NCBI GenBank assembly: GCA_902497035.1
Contig: CABVDL010000003.1
Location: forward strand, 2,836-66,835
DNA: 64,000 nucleotides
DNA from: an uncultured Prevotella sp.
GTDB lineage: Bacteria; Bacteroidota; Bacteroidia; Bacteroidales; Bacteroidaceae
Direction: 5' to 3'
Below are positions 17,906 to 28,390 of this stretch, piece after piece (position 1 is the stretch's first letter; every line of letters begins with the position of its first letter). The position numbers were made by a program, and so were the translations under genes. The notes below the pieces were generated by a model that was not told where the DNA came from, did not search any database, and saw only the letters and a list, made by a program, of their open reading frames with translations.

Positions 17906-20182
17906 ATGGACGAACAAGAGCTCAGAAACAAAGAACGGGAACAGGCCGACAACAAAATGATTACAGATGCGTTCAACCATCTGCTCGACACCTACCTGCA
18001 CTCCAGTCACCGCAAGAAGGTTGACATCATCACCAAGGCTTTCAACTTCGCCCGCCAGGCTCACAAAGGCGTGCGGCGCCTGTCTGGTGAGCCCTACATC
18101 ATGCACCCCATCGCCGTAGCGCAGATTGCCTGCGAGGAGATGGGCCTTGGCTCAACGAGCATCTGCGCCGCGCTGCTTCACGATGTGGTCGAGGATACCG
18201 ACTACACCACGGAGGACATCCAGAACATCTTCGGCCCGAAGATTGCGCAAATTGTCGACGGACTGACCAAAATCAGCGGCGGCATCTTCGGCGACCACGC
18301 CTCGGCGCAGGCCGAGAACTTCAAGAAGCTGCTGCTCACCATGAGCGACGACATCCGCGTCATCCTCATCAAAATATGCGACCGCCTGCACAACATGCGC
18401 ACGCTGGCCTCACAGCCAGCCAACAAGCAGTACAAGATAGCCGGCGAGACGCTCTACATCTATGCGCCCATCGCCAACCGCTTGGGACTGAACAAGATAA
18501 AGACCGAACTTGAGGACCTGAGCTTCAAGTTTGAGCACCCCGAGGAATACGACCGCATCGTCAAGAAGCTGGCGATGACCGAGGCGCAGCGCAACAAGGT
18601 GTTTGACGACTTCACCGCCCCCATCCGCGACTCGCTCGACAAGATGGGCTTCCAGTACCACATCAAGGCGCGCGTCAAAAGCCCCTACTCCATCTGGTGC
18701 AAGATGCAGAACAAGCACGTCACCTTTGAGGAGATTTATGACATTCTCGCCGTACGCATCATCTTCACGCCCAAGGAGCGGAAAGATGAGATTAACGAGT
18801 GTTTCCAGATTTATGTGGCGCTCAACCAGATTTACAAGAGCCACCCCGACCGCCTGCGCGACTGGGTCAACCACCCCAAGGCCAACGGCTACCAGGCCCT
18901 GCACGCCACGATGATGTCGAAGCAGGGCCAGTGGATAGAGGTGCAGATACGCTCCGACCGCATGGACGACATCGCCGAGCAGGGCTTCGCCGCCCACTGG
19001 AAATACAAGGAGGGCGGCAGCACCGACGAGGACATAGAGCTGAACAAGTGGATTGGCACCATCAAGGAGATACTCGACGACCCGCAGCCCGATGCCATGG
19101 ACTTCCTCGACTCCATCAAGCTCAACCTCTTCGCCTCCGAGATATTCGTCTTTACGCCCAAGGGAGAGGTAAAGACACTGCCGGCTGGCTGCACGGTGCT
19201 CGACTTCGCCTTTCAGATACACACGTTCCTCGGCAGCCACTGCATCGGCGCCAAGGTCAACCACAAGCTGGTGCCGCTCAGCCACAAGCTGCAGAGCGGC
19301 GACCAGGTGGAGGTGCTCACCTCCAACTCACAGCATGTGCAGCCGTCGTGGATCAACTTTGTGTTCACGGCCAAGGCACGCTCGAAGATACAGGCCATCC
19401 TGCGGCGTGAGAACCGCGAGTTGCAGCAGGCCGGCGAGGCCGCCCTCAGCCAGTGGCTGAAAGACAACGACCTTGAGCTGACACCCGAGCTGCTTGACCG
19501 GCTCTGCGAGTTCCATGAGATTGATACCCACGAGAATTTCTTCATCGCACTCGGCAAAAAGACCGTGATGCTCAGCGACAGGGACGCTGAGGCGCTCAAC
19601 GAGAAAAAGAAGTCCGGCTCCGCCTCGGGATGGCGCAAATACGTGCCGTTCCTCCACAGGCAGGGCAAGAAGAAAACAGATGACACGGGCGAGGACCTGC
19701 CCAAGCTCATCGCGGCCGGACAGGGCTTTGACAAGAAGAAGCCCTGCATCATCTCCGAGCGCACCATCGGCATGTACATCTTCCCGAAATGCTGTCACCC
19801 CATTCCTGGCGACGACATTCTGGGCTTCATCGACGGCAAGAAGCACGTGGAGATACACAAACGCTCATGCCCCGTGGCCAGCAAGCTCAAGACGAGCTTC
19901 GGCCCGCGCATCCTCGACGCCAAATGGGACATGCACCGGCAGCTCTACTTCGACGCCACCATTGAGGTGCACGGCATCGACCGCAAAGGCATGCTGCACG
20001 ACGTGGCCGAGATTATCTCACACAAGATGAACGTCAACATCCACAAGGTGGCCTTCACCGCCGATGACGGCATTTTCGAGGGACGCATCGAGCTGCGCGT
20101 CCACGACCGCGACGAGGTGCGCAGCATCATGGGCCGGCTGAAGAAAATTGCCGACATGCAGGAGGTGCAGCAAATCGTGTAG
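17906..20182 (+). CDS. Bifunctional (p)ppGpp synthetase/hydrolase, RelA/SpoT family
   Basis: GEPYIMHP, LLHDVVED, DRLHNMRTL, NGYQALH and EVQIR motifs plus TGS and ACT regions. Confidence 0.95.
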   Translation: MDEQELRNKEREQADNKMITDAFNHLLDTYLHSSHRKKVDIITKAFNFARQAHKGVRRLSGEPYIMHPIAVAQIACEEMGLGSTSICAALLHDVVEDTDYTTEDIQNIFGPKIAQIVDGLTKISGGIFGDHASAQAENFKKLLLTMSDDIRVILIKICDRLHNMRTLASQPANKQYKIAGETLYIYAPIANRLGLNKIKTELEDLSFKFEHPEEYDRIVKKLAMTEAQRNKVFDDFTAPIRDSLDKMGFQYHIKARVKSPYSIWCKMQNKHVTFEEIYDILAVRIIFTPKERKDEINECFQIYVALNQIYKSHPDRLRDWVNHPKANGYQALHATMMSKQGQWIEVQIRSDRMDDIAEQGFAAHWKYKEGGSTDEDIELNKWIGTIKEILDDPQPDAMDFLDSIKLNLFASEIFVFTPKGEVKTLPAGCTVLDFAFQIHTFLGSHCIGAKVNHKLVPLSHKLQSGDQVEVLTSNSQHVQPSWINFVFTAKARSKIQAILRRENRELQQAGEAALSQWLKDNDLELTPELLDRLCEFHEIDTHENFFIALGKKTVMLSDRDAEALNEKKKSGSASGWRKYVPFLHRQGKKKTDDTGEDLPKLIAAGQGFDKKKPCIISERTIGMYIFPKCCHPIPGDDILGFIDGKKHVEIHKRSCPVASKLKTSFGPRILDAKWDMHRQLYFDATIEVHGIDRKGMLHDVAEIISHKMNVNIHKVAFTADDGIFEGRIELRVHDRDEVRSIMGRLKKIADMQEVQQIV

Positions 20183-20190
20183 CGCGCCGC

Positions 20191-20541
20191 TCACATCAGA
20201 CTGTCAAGGTGCTGGCGGATTTCCTTCAGCTGGTCGCGCACGCTCACCAGCGTGTCCAGCACGTCCGAGCTCCTGTCCACGCTGTGCCGGTTCTCGCGAA
20301 GATAATTGCGCGCGGCGGCAATCTTGAAGCCACGCACCTTGACAAGATTGTAAATGACCTTCAACTCCTCTATATCCTTTACGGTATATTGCCGCACCTT
20401 GGTCGAAGCCACCGTCTTGGGCTTCAGCTGCGGAAACTCGCTCTCCCAGTAGCGCAGCGTACTCTCGTTGACGCCTATCATCTGGGACACCTCCTTGATG
20501 GAGTAATACAACTTCGGGTTCTTGCTCGGGTTTAATGCCAT
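20191..20541 (-). CDS. MerR-family HTH regulator
   Basis: KLYYSIKEVS...STLRYWESEFP...RQYT pattern. Confidence 0.85.
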   Translation of the reverse strand: MALNPSKNPKLYYSIKEVSQMIGVNESTLRYWESEFPQLKPKTVASTKVRQYTVKDIEELKVIYNLVKVRGFKIAAARNYLRENRHSVDRSSDVLDTLVSVRDQLKEIRQHLDSLM

Positions 20542-20670
20542 TGTGGAAATCTTTTATTGTCTTTGCAAAGTTAAGAAAAAAAAGATGAACTTCACCGGCC
20601 GATGCCCACTTATTTCATTGACTGTCACGATAAAGTTGGCCGCGGCAAAGATTAAGTGACAATAATTTAG

Positions 20671-20678
20671 TAACTTTG
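20671..20678 (+). promoter_or_regulatory. -7 promoter element (TAACTTTG) for alaS
   Basis: TAnnTTTG about 50 nt upstream of the ATG. Confidence 0.6.
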
Positions 20679-20727
20679 CAACCAAGTATCAACACAACAA
20701 AAACAACAAAAACAAACAGATATTACA

Positions 20728-23394
20728 ATGATGACAGCTAACGAAATCCGTGACTCGTATCTGAAGTTCTTTGAGTCAAAAGGACACGTTATCGTCCCTT
20801 CCGCTCCTATCGTAGTGAAAGACGACCCCACGCTGATGTTCACCAATGCCGGCATGAACCAGTGGAAAGACATTATCCTCGGCACGAAGGACCCCCATCC
20901 CCGCCGCCGCACCGACTCGCAGAAATGTCTGCGCGTAAGCGGCAAGCACAACGACCTGGAGGAAGTGGGGCGCGACGCCGCCCTCTCCCACCACACCATG
21001 TTTGAGATGCTCGGCAACTGGAGCTTCGGCGACTACTTCAAGGAAGGCGCCATCGACTACGCTTACGAATATCTGGTTGATATCCTCCACCTCGACCCCA
21101 AGGACCTCTACGTCACCGTGTTTGAGGGCGATGCCAGTGAGCAGCTTGAGCGCGACGACGAGGCCGCAGGCTACTGGGCCAAGCACTTCCCCGCCAACCA
21201 CATTGTCAACGGCAACAAGCACGACAACTTCTGGGAGATGGGCGACACGGGGCCCTGCGGCCCCTGCTCCGAGATACACATCGACTTCCGCCCGGAAGAG
21301 GAGAAAGCCAAGGTCCCCGGCGAGACGCTCGTCAACAAGGACCATCCGCAGGTCATCGAAATCTGGAACATCGTGTTCATGCAGTTCAACCGCAAGGCTG
21401 ACGGCTCGCTCGAGCCGCTGAAGATGCACGTCATCGACACGGGCATGGGCTTTGAGCGCCTCGTCCGCCTGCTTCAGAACAAGCACTCCAACTACGACAC
21501 CGACATCTTCTCGCCCATCATCAGCGAGATAGAGCGGCTTTCCGGTCACCAGTACAGCCACACGTTCCCCGAGGGACCCAACGGCGAGGGTGTCAACGAC
21601 AAGGAGAAGGTTGACATCGCCATCCGCGTCGTGGCCGACCATCTGCGTGCCGTGGCCTTTGCCATTGCCGACGGCCAGCTGCCCGGCAATGCCAAGGCCG
21701 GCTATGTCATCCGCCGCATCCTGCGCCGCGCCGTACGCTACGCCTACACGTTCCTCGACCAGAAGAGTGCGTTCATGTACAAGCTCATCCCCGTACTTGT
21801 CCGCGAGATGGGCAAGGCCTATCCTGAGCTCGGCGCGCAGCAGGAACTCATTACAAAGGTTATCAAGCAAGAGGAAGTCAGCTTCCTGCGCACGCTGGAC
21901 AAGGGCATCCAGCTGTTGAGCGTTGACATGGATGAGCTGAAAGCGCAGCACCAGACGGTGCTCGACGGCGCCAAGGCCTTCCGTCTTTTCGACACCTACG
22001 GCTTCCCCATCGACCTCACCGAACTCATCTGCGGCGAGAATGGCCTCACTGTTGACGAGAAGGGATTTGATGAGGAGATGGCCAAGCAGAAAGCCCGCGC
22101 CCGCAACGCCGCCAGCGTGGAGAACGGCGACTGGGTCTCTGTGCGCGAAGGAGAGCAGGAGTTCGTAGGCTATGACTTCAACGAATACGACTGCCACATT
22201 CTGCGCTACCGCAAAGTGACGCAAAAGAAGAACTCGTTCTACGAGGTGGTACTCGACTACACGCCGTTCTACGGCGAGATGGGCGGCCAGGTCGGCGACA
22301 AGGGCCAGCTCGTCTCCGACAGCGAGACGGTCGAGGTCATCGACACCAAGCGCGAAAACAACCAGAGCATCCATATCCTCAAGCAGTTGCCCAAGGACCC
22401 CGCAGCCGACTTCCGTGCCGTCGTTGACGGGGCCAAGCGCGAGGCCTCAGCCTGCAACCACACCGCCACCCACCTGCTCGACTATGCCCTGAAGCAAGTC
22501 CTGGGCGAGCAGACCGAGCAACGCGGATCCTACGTTGACGACAAGACGCTGCGCTTCGACTTCAACTATTTCGAGAAAGTCAGTGACGAACAGCTGCGCC
22601 AGGTGGAGCGCATCGTCAACAGCATGATCAGGGCCGACCTGCCACTCGACGAGCATCGCGATACCCCAATCGAGGAAGCCAAGAAATTGGGCGCCATCGC
22701 CCTGTTTGGCGAGAAATACGGCGACAAGGTGCGCGTCGTGCGCTTCGGCCCGTCGGCCGAGTTCTGCGGCGGCATCCACGTGAAGAGTACCGGCCACATC
22801 GGCTTCTTCAAGATTATATCCGAGAGCAGCGTGGCCGCAGGCATCCGCCGTATTGAGGCCCTGACCGGACAGCAGGCCGAGGAGGCCATCTACATGGCAG
22901 AGGACACGATGAAAGAAATCCGCAGCATGTTCAACAACGCCAAGGACCTGTCCGCCGCCATCCAGAAATACATCAATGAGAATGCCGAGCTGAAGAAAGA
23001 GGTGGAGCAGTTCCAGGCACAGATGGTGGAGCGCGCCAAGGCCAAGCTGTTAGACAACTTGCGTGAGGTCAACGGTGTCAGGGTCATCACCGCCGTACTG
23101 CCCATGGAGCCCGCGCAGGCCAAGGACCTTGTGTTCAAGCTGCGTCAGGCCCTGCCGGAGAACATGGTGGCTGTCATCGGCTCCGTAGCCCACGACAAGC
23201 CCATGATCAGCCTGATGATCACCGACGACCTGGTCAGCGGACACAGCCTCAACGCAGGCAAAATAGTCCGCGAGGCCGCCAAACTCATCAAGGGCGGCGG
23301 TGGCGGACAGGCCTACTACGCACAGGCCGGCGGCAAGGACAAGGACGGACTCTCTGCCGCAGTCGATAAAGTAGTGGAACTCTGCCAGCTTTAA
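20728..23394 (+). CDS. alaS: Alanine--tRNA ligase
   Basis: [37 protein letters not shown], editing-domain HTATH and CGGIH, GGGGG C-terminus. Confidence 0.98.
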   Translation: MMTANEIRDSYLKFFESKGHVIVPSAPIVVKDDPTLMFTNAGMNQWKDIILGTKDPHPRRRTDSQKCLRVSGKHNDLEEVGRDAALSHHTMFEMLGNWSFGDYFKEGAIDYAYEYLVDILHLDPKDLYVTVFEGDASEQLERDDEAAGYWAKHFPANHIVNGNKHDNFWEMGDTGPCGPCSEIHIDFRPEEEKAKVPGETLVNKDHPQVIEIWNIVFMQFNRKADGSLEPLKMHVIDTGMGFERLVRLLQNKHSNYDTDIFSPIISEIERLSGHQYSHTFPEGPNGEGVNDKEKVDIAIRVVADHLRAVAFAIADGQLPGNAKAGYVIRRILRRAVRYAYTFLDQKSAFMYKLIPVLVREMGKAYPELGAQQELITKVIKQEEVSFLRTLDKGIQLLSVDMDELKAQHQTVLDGAKAFRLFDTYGFPIDLTELICGENGLTVDEKGFDEEMAKQKARARNAASVENGDWVSVREGEQEFVGYDFNEYDCHILRYRKVTQKKNSFYEVVLDYTPFYGEMGGQVGDKGQLVSDSETVEVIDTKRENNQSIHILKQLPKDPAADFRAVVDGAKREASACNHTATHLLDYALKQVLGEQTEQRGSYVDDKTLRFDFNYFEKVSDEQLRQVERIVNSMIRADLPLDEHRDTPIEEAKKLGAIALFGEKYGDKVRVVRFGPSAEFCGGIHVKSTGHIGFFKIISESSVAAGIRRIEALTGQQAEEAIYMAEDTMKEIRSMFNNAKDLSAAIQKYINENAELKKEVEQFQAQMVERAKAKLLDNLREVNGVRVITAVLPMEPAQAKDLVFKLRQALPENMVAVIGSVAHDKPMISLMITDDLVSGHSLNAGKIVREAAKLIKGGGGGQAYYAQAGGKDKDGLSAAVDKVVELCQL

Positions 23395-23464
23395 CCGGCA
23401 TCTGTACATCTGTCAATTTCTACTGACATCATTCACACGGAAAATAATATTCCCTCAAAAATAT

Positions 23465-23512
23465 AATCCCCTGCCGGTAAAGTGATTATTCACCAACCGG
23501 CAGGGGATTTTT
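23465..23512. terminator. Intrinsic terminator between convergent alaS and queE
   Basis: AATCCCCTGCCGGT / ACCGGCAGGGGATT stem followed by a T-run. Confidence 0.8.
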
Positions 23513-23533
23513 AATTTTTGAGGCTGAGTATCC

Positions 23534-24166
23534 TTACCTTATCCCCACCAGCTTGTGGATTTGCAGGGACAGTCGCCAGCGGGGATGCTGTCTGATGTAA
23601 CTGATGCAGGCCGACACGATTTCTGCGTTGCGGGCTGCATCGCCCACGTCGCAGGGCTGCAGGTAGTAGTAGCGCGCCCGGATGCCATGGTCGCTGACAG
23701 GTGTCAGTCCGTCGAACACCACCTTCAGCTCGTCACACTGCCGGCACACCACCGCTGTACTGGCTGGGGTGGCCATCCACCCGGCGGCCTTGGGAGACAC
23801 CGTCAGCCAGTCAAGGTTGCGGGGCGGCAGCCGCGTACCGTTGCTCTCCATGGCGACAAACGGGAAACCGGCGGCATGAAGCGCGTCAACCAGCGCCTCG
23901 TCAACCTGCAGCGCGGGCTCACCGCCCGTCAGCACAATGATGGGACAGGCCTGCGTCCCTTCCGGCACCAGGCTCCTGGCCCTCCGCACGATGTCGTCGG
24001 CCGACAGCAGCTCACAGGCCGTGAAGTCGGTATCGCAGAACTTGCACCGCAGGTTGCACCCGCTGAAGCGCACGAACACCGCCGCCCGGCCCGTGTTGCG
24101 GCCCTCACCCTGCAGACTGTAGAAGATTTCGTTGACCCTATACACCTTATTATATATAGGTTCCAT
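23534..24166 (-). CDS. queE: 7-carboxy-7-deazaguanine synthase (radical SAM)
   Basis: EIFYSLQGEG, CNLRCKFCDT, TGGEP and LSLQIHK motifs. Confidence 0.92.
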   Translation of the reverse strand: MEPIYNKVYRVNEIFYSLQGEGRNTGRAAVFVRFSGCNLRCKFCDTDFTACELLSADDIVRRARSLVPEGTQACPIIVLTGGEPALQVDEALVDALHAAGFPFVAMESNGTRLPPRNLDWLTVSPKAAGWMATPASTAVVCRQCDELKVVFDGLTPVSDHGIRARYYYLQPCDVGDAARNAEIVSACISYIRQHPRWRLSLQIHKLVGIR

Positions 24167-24495
24167 TACTTCTCATAGACGGCCACATTGTTGGCCGTCT
24201 CCGCCACCCGCGCCTTATAGCAGTTGGGCACGGTGTCGACAATCCAGCGCGCTATGTTCTCGGCTGTCGGGTTGAAGGGCAACACCGCATTGAGGTCCTG
24301 GTGGTCGAGACGTCCGTGGATAAGCTGCTTGATGATGGTGAAGTCGACCACCATGCCGTCCTCGTCAAGCTCCTCGGCCTTGCAATAAACTGTTATCTGC
24401 CAGTTGTGGCCGTGCAGGTTCTCGCATTTGCTGCCGTGCGAAAGGATGAGGTGGTGGCAGGCCGACACCTCGAAACTTTTCTGGATATAATACAT
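24166..24495 (-). CDS. queD: 6-carboxytetrahydropterin synthase
   Basis: CENLHGHNW, GMVVDF, LDH and NPTAENIA motifs. Confidence 0.92.
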   Translation of the reverse strand: MYYIQKSFEVSACHHLILSHGSKCENLHGHNWQITVYCKAEELDEDGMVVDFTIIKQLIHGRLDHQDLNAVLPFNPTAENIARWIVDTVPNCYKARVAETANNVAVYEK

Positions 24496-24503
24496 ATTGA
24501 TGT

Positions 24504-26237
24504 CTATTTTTTCTTTTGTTGGATATAAGCCAGCTCGCTGAGGGCGAAGTCGCCGTTGTCGGGGTCGTCGAGCAATGTCTTGAGCAGGCGCTCGGCCTCG
24601 TCGTAACGGCCCAGGCTGACCAGCAGATAGGCTTTCCGCCGCCTGATGAAACCGGCAAAGGCGTTGAGTTGCGCCATGTCGGGCCGTTCCTCGTCCGGCG
24701 TGTCGTCATCATCGGTTTCCTGGGCATGTTTGGCGATATCGTTGAGGTTGGTCAGGAAAGCGTCCAGCATGTTGAGGGCACGGTAGTCGCCGCTGTTGAC
24801 CAGACAGTTGATGTAAGCCTTCGAATACAGCAGGTTTGATGTGGGCATGAGCAGCTGGAGGTAATAGTTGGCACACTCATACTGGTGCAGATTGAGGTAG
24901 CAGCAGCCGATGAGGTAGGCTATTTCCTCCATCAGCACGTGGTTGGTCTTGTTGCTGAGATCAAACGTGCGCGTGACGGCGTGGAAAGCATTGCGCAACA
25001 GCGGCAGGGCCTCGTAAAAGCGCTTGCGCTGATAGAGATGGTAGCCGTTGTAGTAGTTCTCAGCCACATGCTCGTCCTGCAGCCCGGCGAGTAAACGCTC
25101 GTCGGGTGTCATGCTGTCGGTATCGCCGCTCTGCATCTTGCCCATAGCCTCTTTCCACAGATAGCGGAAGCGGGCCACACGGCTCTCCGACGGCGTGAGG
25201 TCAAAGCCTAACAGCACGCTGACCATCCGGCACTGGTGCTCCTCGCTCTCATCGGAGAGCTGCCGGCTGGTCGACAATGGGGCCAGCGACAGCGTGACGC
25301 GGTAGTAAAGGGCGTCCCTGGTCGCCTCCTCCCGCTCGAAGTTAAGCGTCAGGTGTCTGGGCTTTATCGGGTCTCCGGGGTCATAGAAATGGAGCAGTCC
25401 CACGGCCGACTGTGCGCAAAACCGTTTACCGTCGCCAATCAGCACATGTGAGACCGGGTAGCCGAGGATGGCGTCGGGGTCGTCGATGACGTCGGCCTTT
25501 CCGTCAACAGTCAGCGTGAGCGAGATGGGGATGATGTCGTGCAGGCCCATGGCCATGGCCATCAGACTGCCAAGCGCCATCGGACCATGGCCGCTCTCGT
25601 GCCAGTTGGGGCCGCCTGCCTGGTGGGTCATCTCCTGCTCGCGCACCAGCTGCACCTCACGCTCATAGTTGGCCATGCCCTTCTCCTCGTCCACCTTCGC
25701 GCCGGGGCGCTGCCGGTCGAGCTCATTGAACTTGTCGGCGAAAGCCTTCTGCCAGCGGAACGCGTCCTCCATGACATACTCCAGCAGGGTCTTCATCCCG
25801 GTCCGCACAACGGGCAGATCGCCGGTGATATGCAAGTCTATCTTACCTTCCTTCTCGTTGACGTTGTAGACGAGACGCGTCATGGCGGAGTTGAAGTTGC
25901 ACAGGTTGCAGACCATGCGCACCCTGTCCAACTGGCCAGTGTCGGTGGAAAAGATATATGGGAAAGTGAGGCGGGCATAGGGACTGCCTTTCTCCAGTAC
26001 GATAATGAAATGGCCGCCCTGGAAGGTATAGCGCACCAGGTGCCGGTTGTCATCCTTGGTCCAGTTCATCTTGCAGTTCAATTGGCGCAGCGCACTGGTC
26101 ACCGTCAGCCTGTTCTCGTCCAAAGAAAGGCTGAACGTCCGCGCGTCCTTGCCGGCGTTCCGGCGTTTGCGGTAGCCGATGATGCCAAGGGCCAGCAGCA
26201 GGCAAACAACATCTATGACCAACCAAAGATAAACCAT
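24504..26237 (-). CDS. Membrane-anchored hypothetical protein with C-terminal TPR-like repeats
   Basis: N-terminal TM helix and helical repeats (IAYLIGCCYLNL..., RRKAYLLVSLGRYDEAERLL); host-like codon usage. Confidence 0.7.
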   Translation of the reverse strand: MVYLWLVIDVVCLLLALGIIGYRKRRNAGKDARTFSLSLDENRLTVTSALRQLNCKMNWTKDDNRHLVRYTFQGGHFIIVLEKGSPYARLTFPYIFSTDTGQLDRVRMVCNLCNFNSAMTRLVYNVNEKEGKIDLHITGDLPVVRTGMKTLLEYVMEDAFRWQKAFADKFNELDRQRPGAKVDEEKGMANYEREVQLVREQEMTHQAGGPNWHESGHGPMALGSLMAMAMGLHDIIPISLTLTVDGKADVIDDPDAILGYPVSHVLIGDGKRFCAQSAVGLLHFYDPGDPIKPRHLTLNFEREEATRDALYYRVTLSLAPLSTSRQLSDESEEHQCRMVSVLLGFDLTPSESRVARFRYLWKEAMGKMQSGDTDSMTPDERLLAGLQDEHVAENYYNGYHLYQRKRFYEALPLLRNAFHAVTRTFDLSNKTNHVLMEEIAYLIGCCYLNLHQYECANYYLQLLMPTSNLLYSKAYINCLVNSGDYRALNMLDAFLTNLNDIAKHAQETDDDDTPDEERPDMAQLNAFAGFIRRRKAYLLVSLGRYDEAERLLKTLLDDPDNGDFALSELAYIQQKKK

Positions 26238-26391
26238 GCTTGTCACCAATTGTCTAATGTTTTACAAAAATAAACAATAATCACGTAACGGAGAAAGGAT
26301 TTAACAATTTTCTTTCGGGTGCAGCGGATAATGACAGTAGAGAGATACGCAGCCCTCCATCATGCCATCAAAAGCGCCAGTTCCGTCAAGT

Positions 26392-28374
26392 TCAAAGGAT
26401 GATGTTGTTGCCCAACTGCCGGGCGATGCTGTTGCGTATGACCTGCAGGTCGCGGTAGTCGGCCATCAGCCTCGTGAGCCTGTCGTTGTCGCCCACGGCC
26501 TGTGCCAGCTGCGCCTGCAGCTGCTTGAGCCGTCCCTCGACGATGTCCATGCGGAAGTCGAGCAGCAGGTGGTTGGTCTGGTTGCGCAGGGCATCGGCCT
26601 CGTTGGCCTTGCGCTGCCGCTCGGCCTCATCGTTGAGCGGTTCGCCGGTCTTTTGCGGCACCAGCCTGTATTTCTCGGCCACGAGACGCGCGGCCAGCTG
26701 GCTGATGTCGAAGTCGTCGTGATGCAGGAAATAGGTCTCCACGTCAAAGCCCGGCTCGGCCGACCGCGCTGCCGCCTCGTCGAGGATGCGGCGGTACAGG
26801 TCGTTGTTGAAGCTCAGGTCGTCCTGGTCGAGGTTGTATTTCACAAACTGCGCCACAGTGATGTTGTGCAGCTTCCCCTCGTCATCCTCCACATTCTCAA
26901 GGATGACCTGTCCGCCATGCCTGATGACGAGCTGCAGGAGCATCTGCTCCACCCTGGTCTCCTGCTGCCCGGCCGTCGGCACCTGCACGAGCGAGTCCGG
27001 TCTCACCGGCTCTGGCCGTGGCCCCACGCTCACACCCTGCTGCACCTGGGCGGCCGACCCCGTGCGGCGGGCGCGGATGAAAGCGTTCATCTGGTTGATG
27101 AGCGTTGTCTCGCTCATGCCGATGCGCTGGGCGCAGTCGTGGATGTAGGTGTCGCGCAGTATCTGGTTCTGGATGACGGAGATGCTCTCCACAATCGAGC
27201 TTACCGCCGCGGCGCGCTTCGTCGGGTCTGTCTGGCCCTGCAGCAGCAGACGGGTCTTGAACTGGATGAAGTCCATCTGGTTGTCAGCAATGAACTTCCT
27301 GAATTCTTCCGCGCCGTGCGAGCGCGCAAACTCGTCAGGATCCTGGCCGTCGGGCAGCAGCAGCACCTTGAGGCTCATGCCCTCGGCGAGCAGCATGTCG
27401 GTACCGCGCAAGGCAGCGTGGATGCCGGCGGCGTCGCCGTCGTAGATGAGCGTGATGTTGGAGGTGAAACGGTGGAGCATATGTATCTGGTGGATGCTCA
27501 GGGCCGTACCCGAATTGGCCACGACATTTCTGATGCCGCACTGGTACATTGCAATGACGTCGGCCTGCCCCTCCACCATGAACACGCAGTCGTCCTTGGC
27601 GATGGTCTTCTTTGCCTGCCAGATGCCGTAGAGCTCATGGTCCTTGTGATAGATGTCGCTGTCGGGCGAGTTGACGTATTTCTGATTGACTCCCTTCGTA
27701 CGCTGGTCCAGCACGCGTGCGGTGAAGCCCACCACCTTGCCGCTGACACCAATCCACGGGAACACCACGCGGCCGGCATAGCGGTCAATGAGCTCGCCGC
27801 GGTCGTTCTTGTAGCAGATGCCCGTCGAGAGCAGGAACTCTTCCTTATAGCCTTTCTTGAGGGCCTCACGGCCAAGGGCCAGCCGGTCGGTGAGGTCGAA
27901 GCCGAGGTGGAAGTCGCGTATCACGTCGTCGCGGAAGCCCCGCGAGCGGAAATACTGCATGCCGATGGCAAGGCCGTCGGCGTGGTTGTGGAGCAGGTCC
28001 TGGAAATAACCGTCGGCCCACTCGTTGACGATAAACATCGACTCGCGCTTTGACTGTTCCTCCCGCTCCTGCGAGGTCAGCTCACGCTCCCTTATCTCGA
28101 TATGGTACTTGTTGGCCAGCCACCGCAGTGCCTCGACATAGGTCATCTGCTCGTGCTCCATGATGAAGCTCACGGCATTGCCGCCCTTGCCACAGCCGAA
28201 GCAGTGGCAGGTGCCGCGCGCCGGCGAGACGATGAACGACGGTGTCTTCTCGTTGTGGAACGGGCAGAGACCCTTGTAGTTCGCCCCCGACTTCTTCAGG
28301 GTTACAAACTCCGACACCACGTCAACAATGTTGGCGGCATCCTTTATCTTTTCTACCGTTTGTCTGTCTATCAT
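26392..28374 (-). CDS. dnaG: DNA primase
   Basis: CPFHNEKTPSF zinc finger, KYVNSP, VEGQADV and YDGDAAG TOPRIM motifs. Confidence 0.97.
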   Translation of the reverse strand: MIDRQTVEKIKDAANIVDVVSEFVTLKKSGANYKGLCPFHNEKTPSFIVSPARGTCHCFGCGKGGNAVSFIMEHEQMTYVEALRWLANKYHIEIRERELTSQEREEQSKRESMFIVNEWADGYFQDLLHNHADGLAIGMQYFRSRGFRDDVIRDFHLGFDLTDRLALGREALKKGYKEEFLLSTGICYKNDRGELIDRYAGRVVFPWIGVSGKVVGFTARVLDQRTKGVNQKYVNSPDSDIYHKDHELYGIWQAKKTIAKDDCVFMVEGQADVIAMYQCGIRNVVANSGTALSIHQIHMLHRFTSNITLIYDGDAAGIHAALRGTDMLLAEGMSLKVLLLPDGQDPDEFARSHGAEEFRKFIADNQMDFIQFKTRLLLQGQTDPTKRAAAVSSIVESISVIQNQILRDTYIHDCAQRIGMSETTLINQMNAFIRARRTGSAAQVQQGVSVGPRPEPVRPDSLVQVPTAGQQETRVEQMLLQLVIRHGGQVILENVEDDEGKLHNITVAQFVKYNLDQDDLSFNNDLYRRILDEAAARSAEPGFDVETYFLHHDDFDISQLAARLVAEKYRLVPQKTGEPLNDEAERQRKANEADALRNQTNHLLLDFRMDIVEGRLKQLQAQLAQAVGDNDRLTRLMADYRDLQVIRNSIARQLGNNIIL

Positions 28375-28390
28375 CGTAGTGGATACGCTT

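Noticed and set aside
23534..24495. queD/queE as part of a 7-deazaguanine DNA-modification (dpd) defence island
   Set aside because: No dpdA/tgt-like or other dpd genes nearby and the context is housekeeping; ordinary queuosine pathway is more likely.
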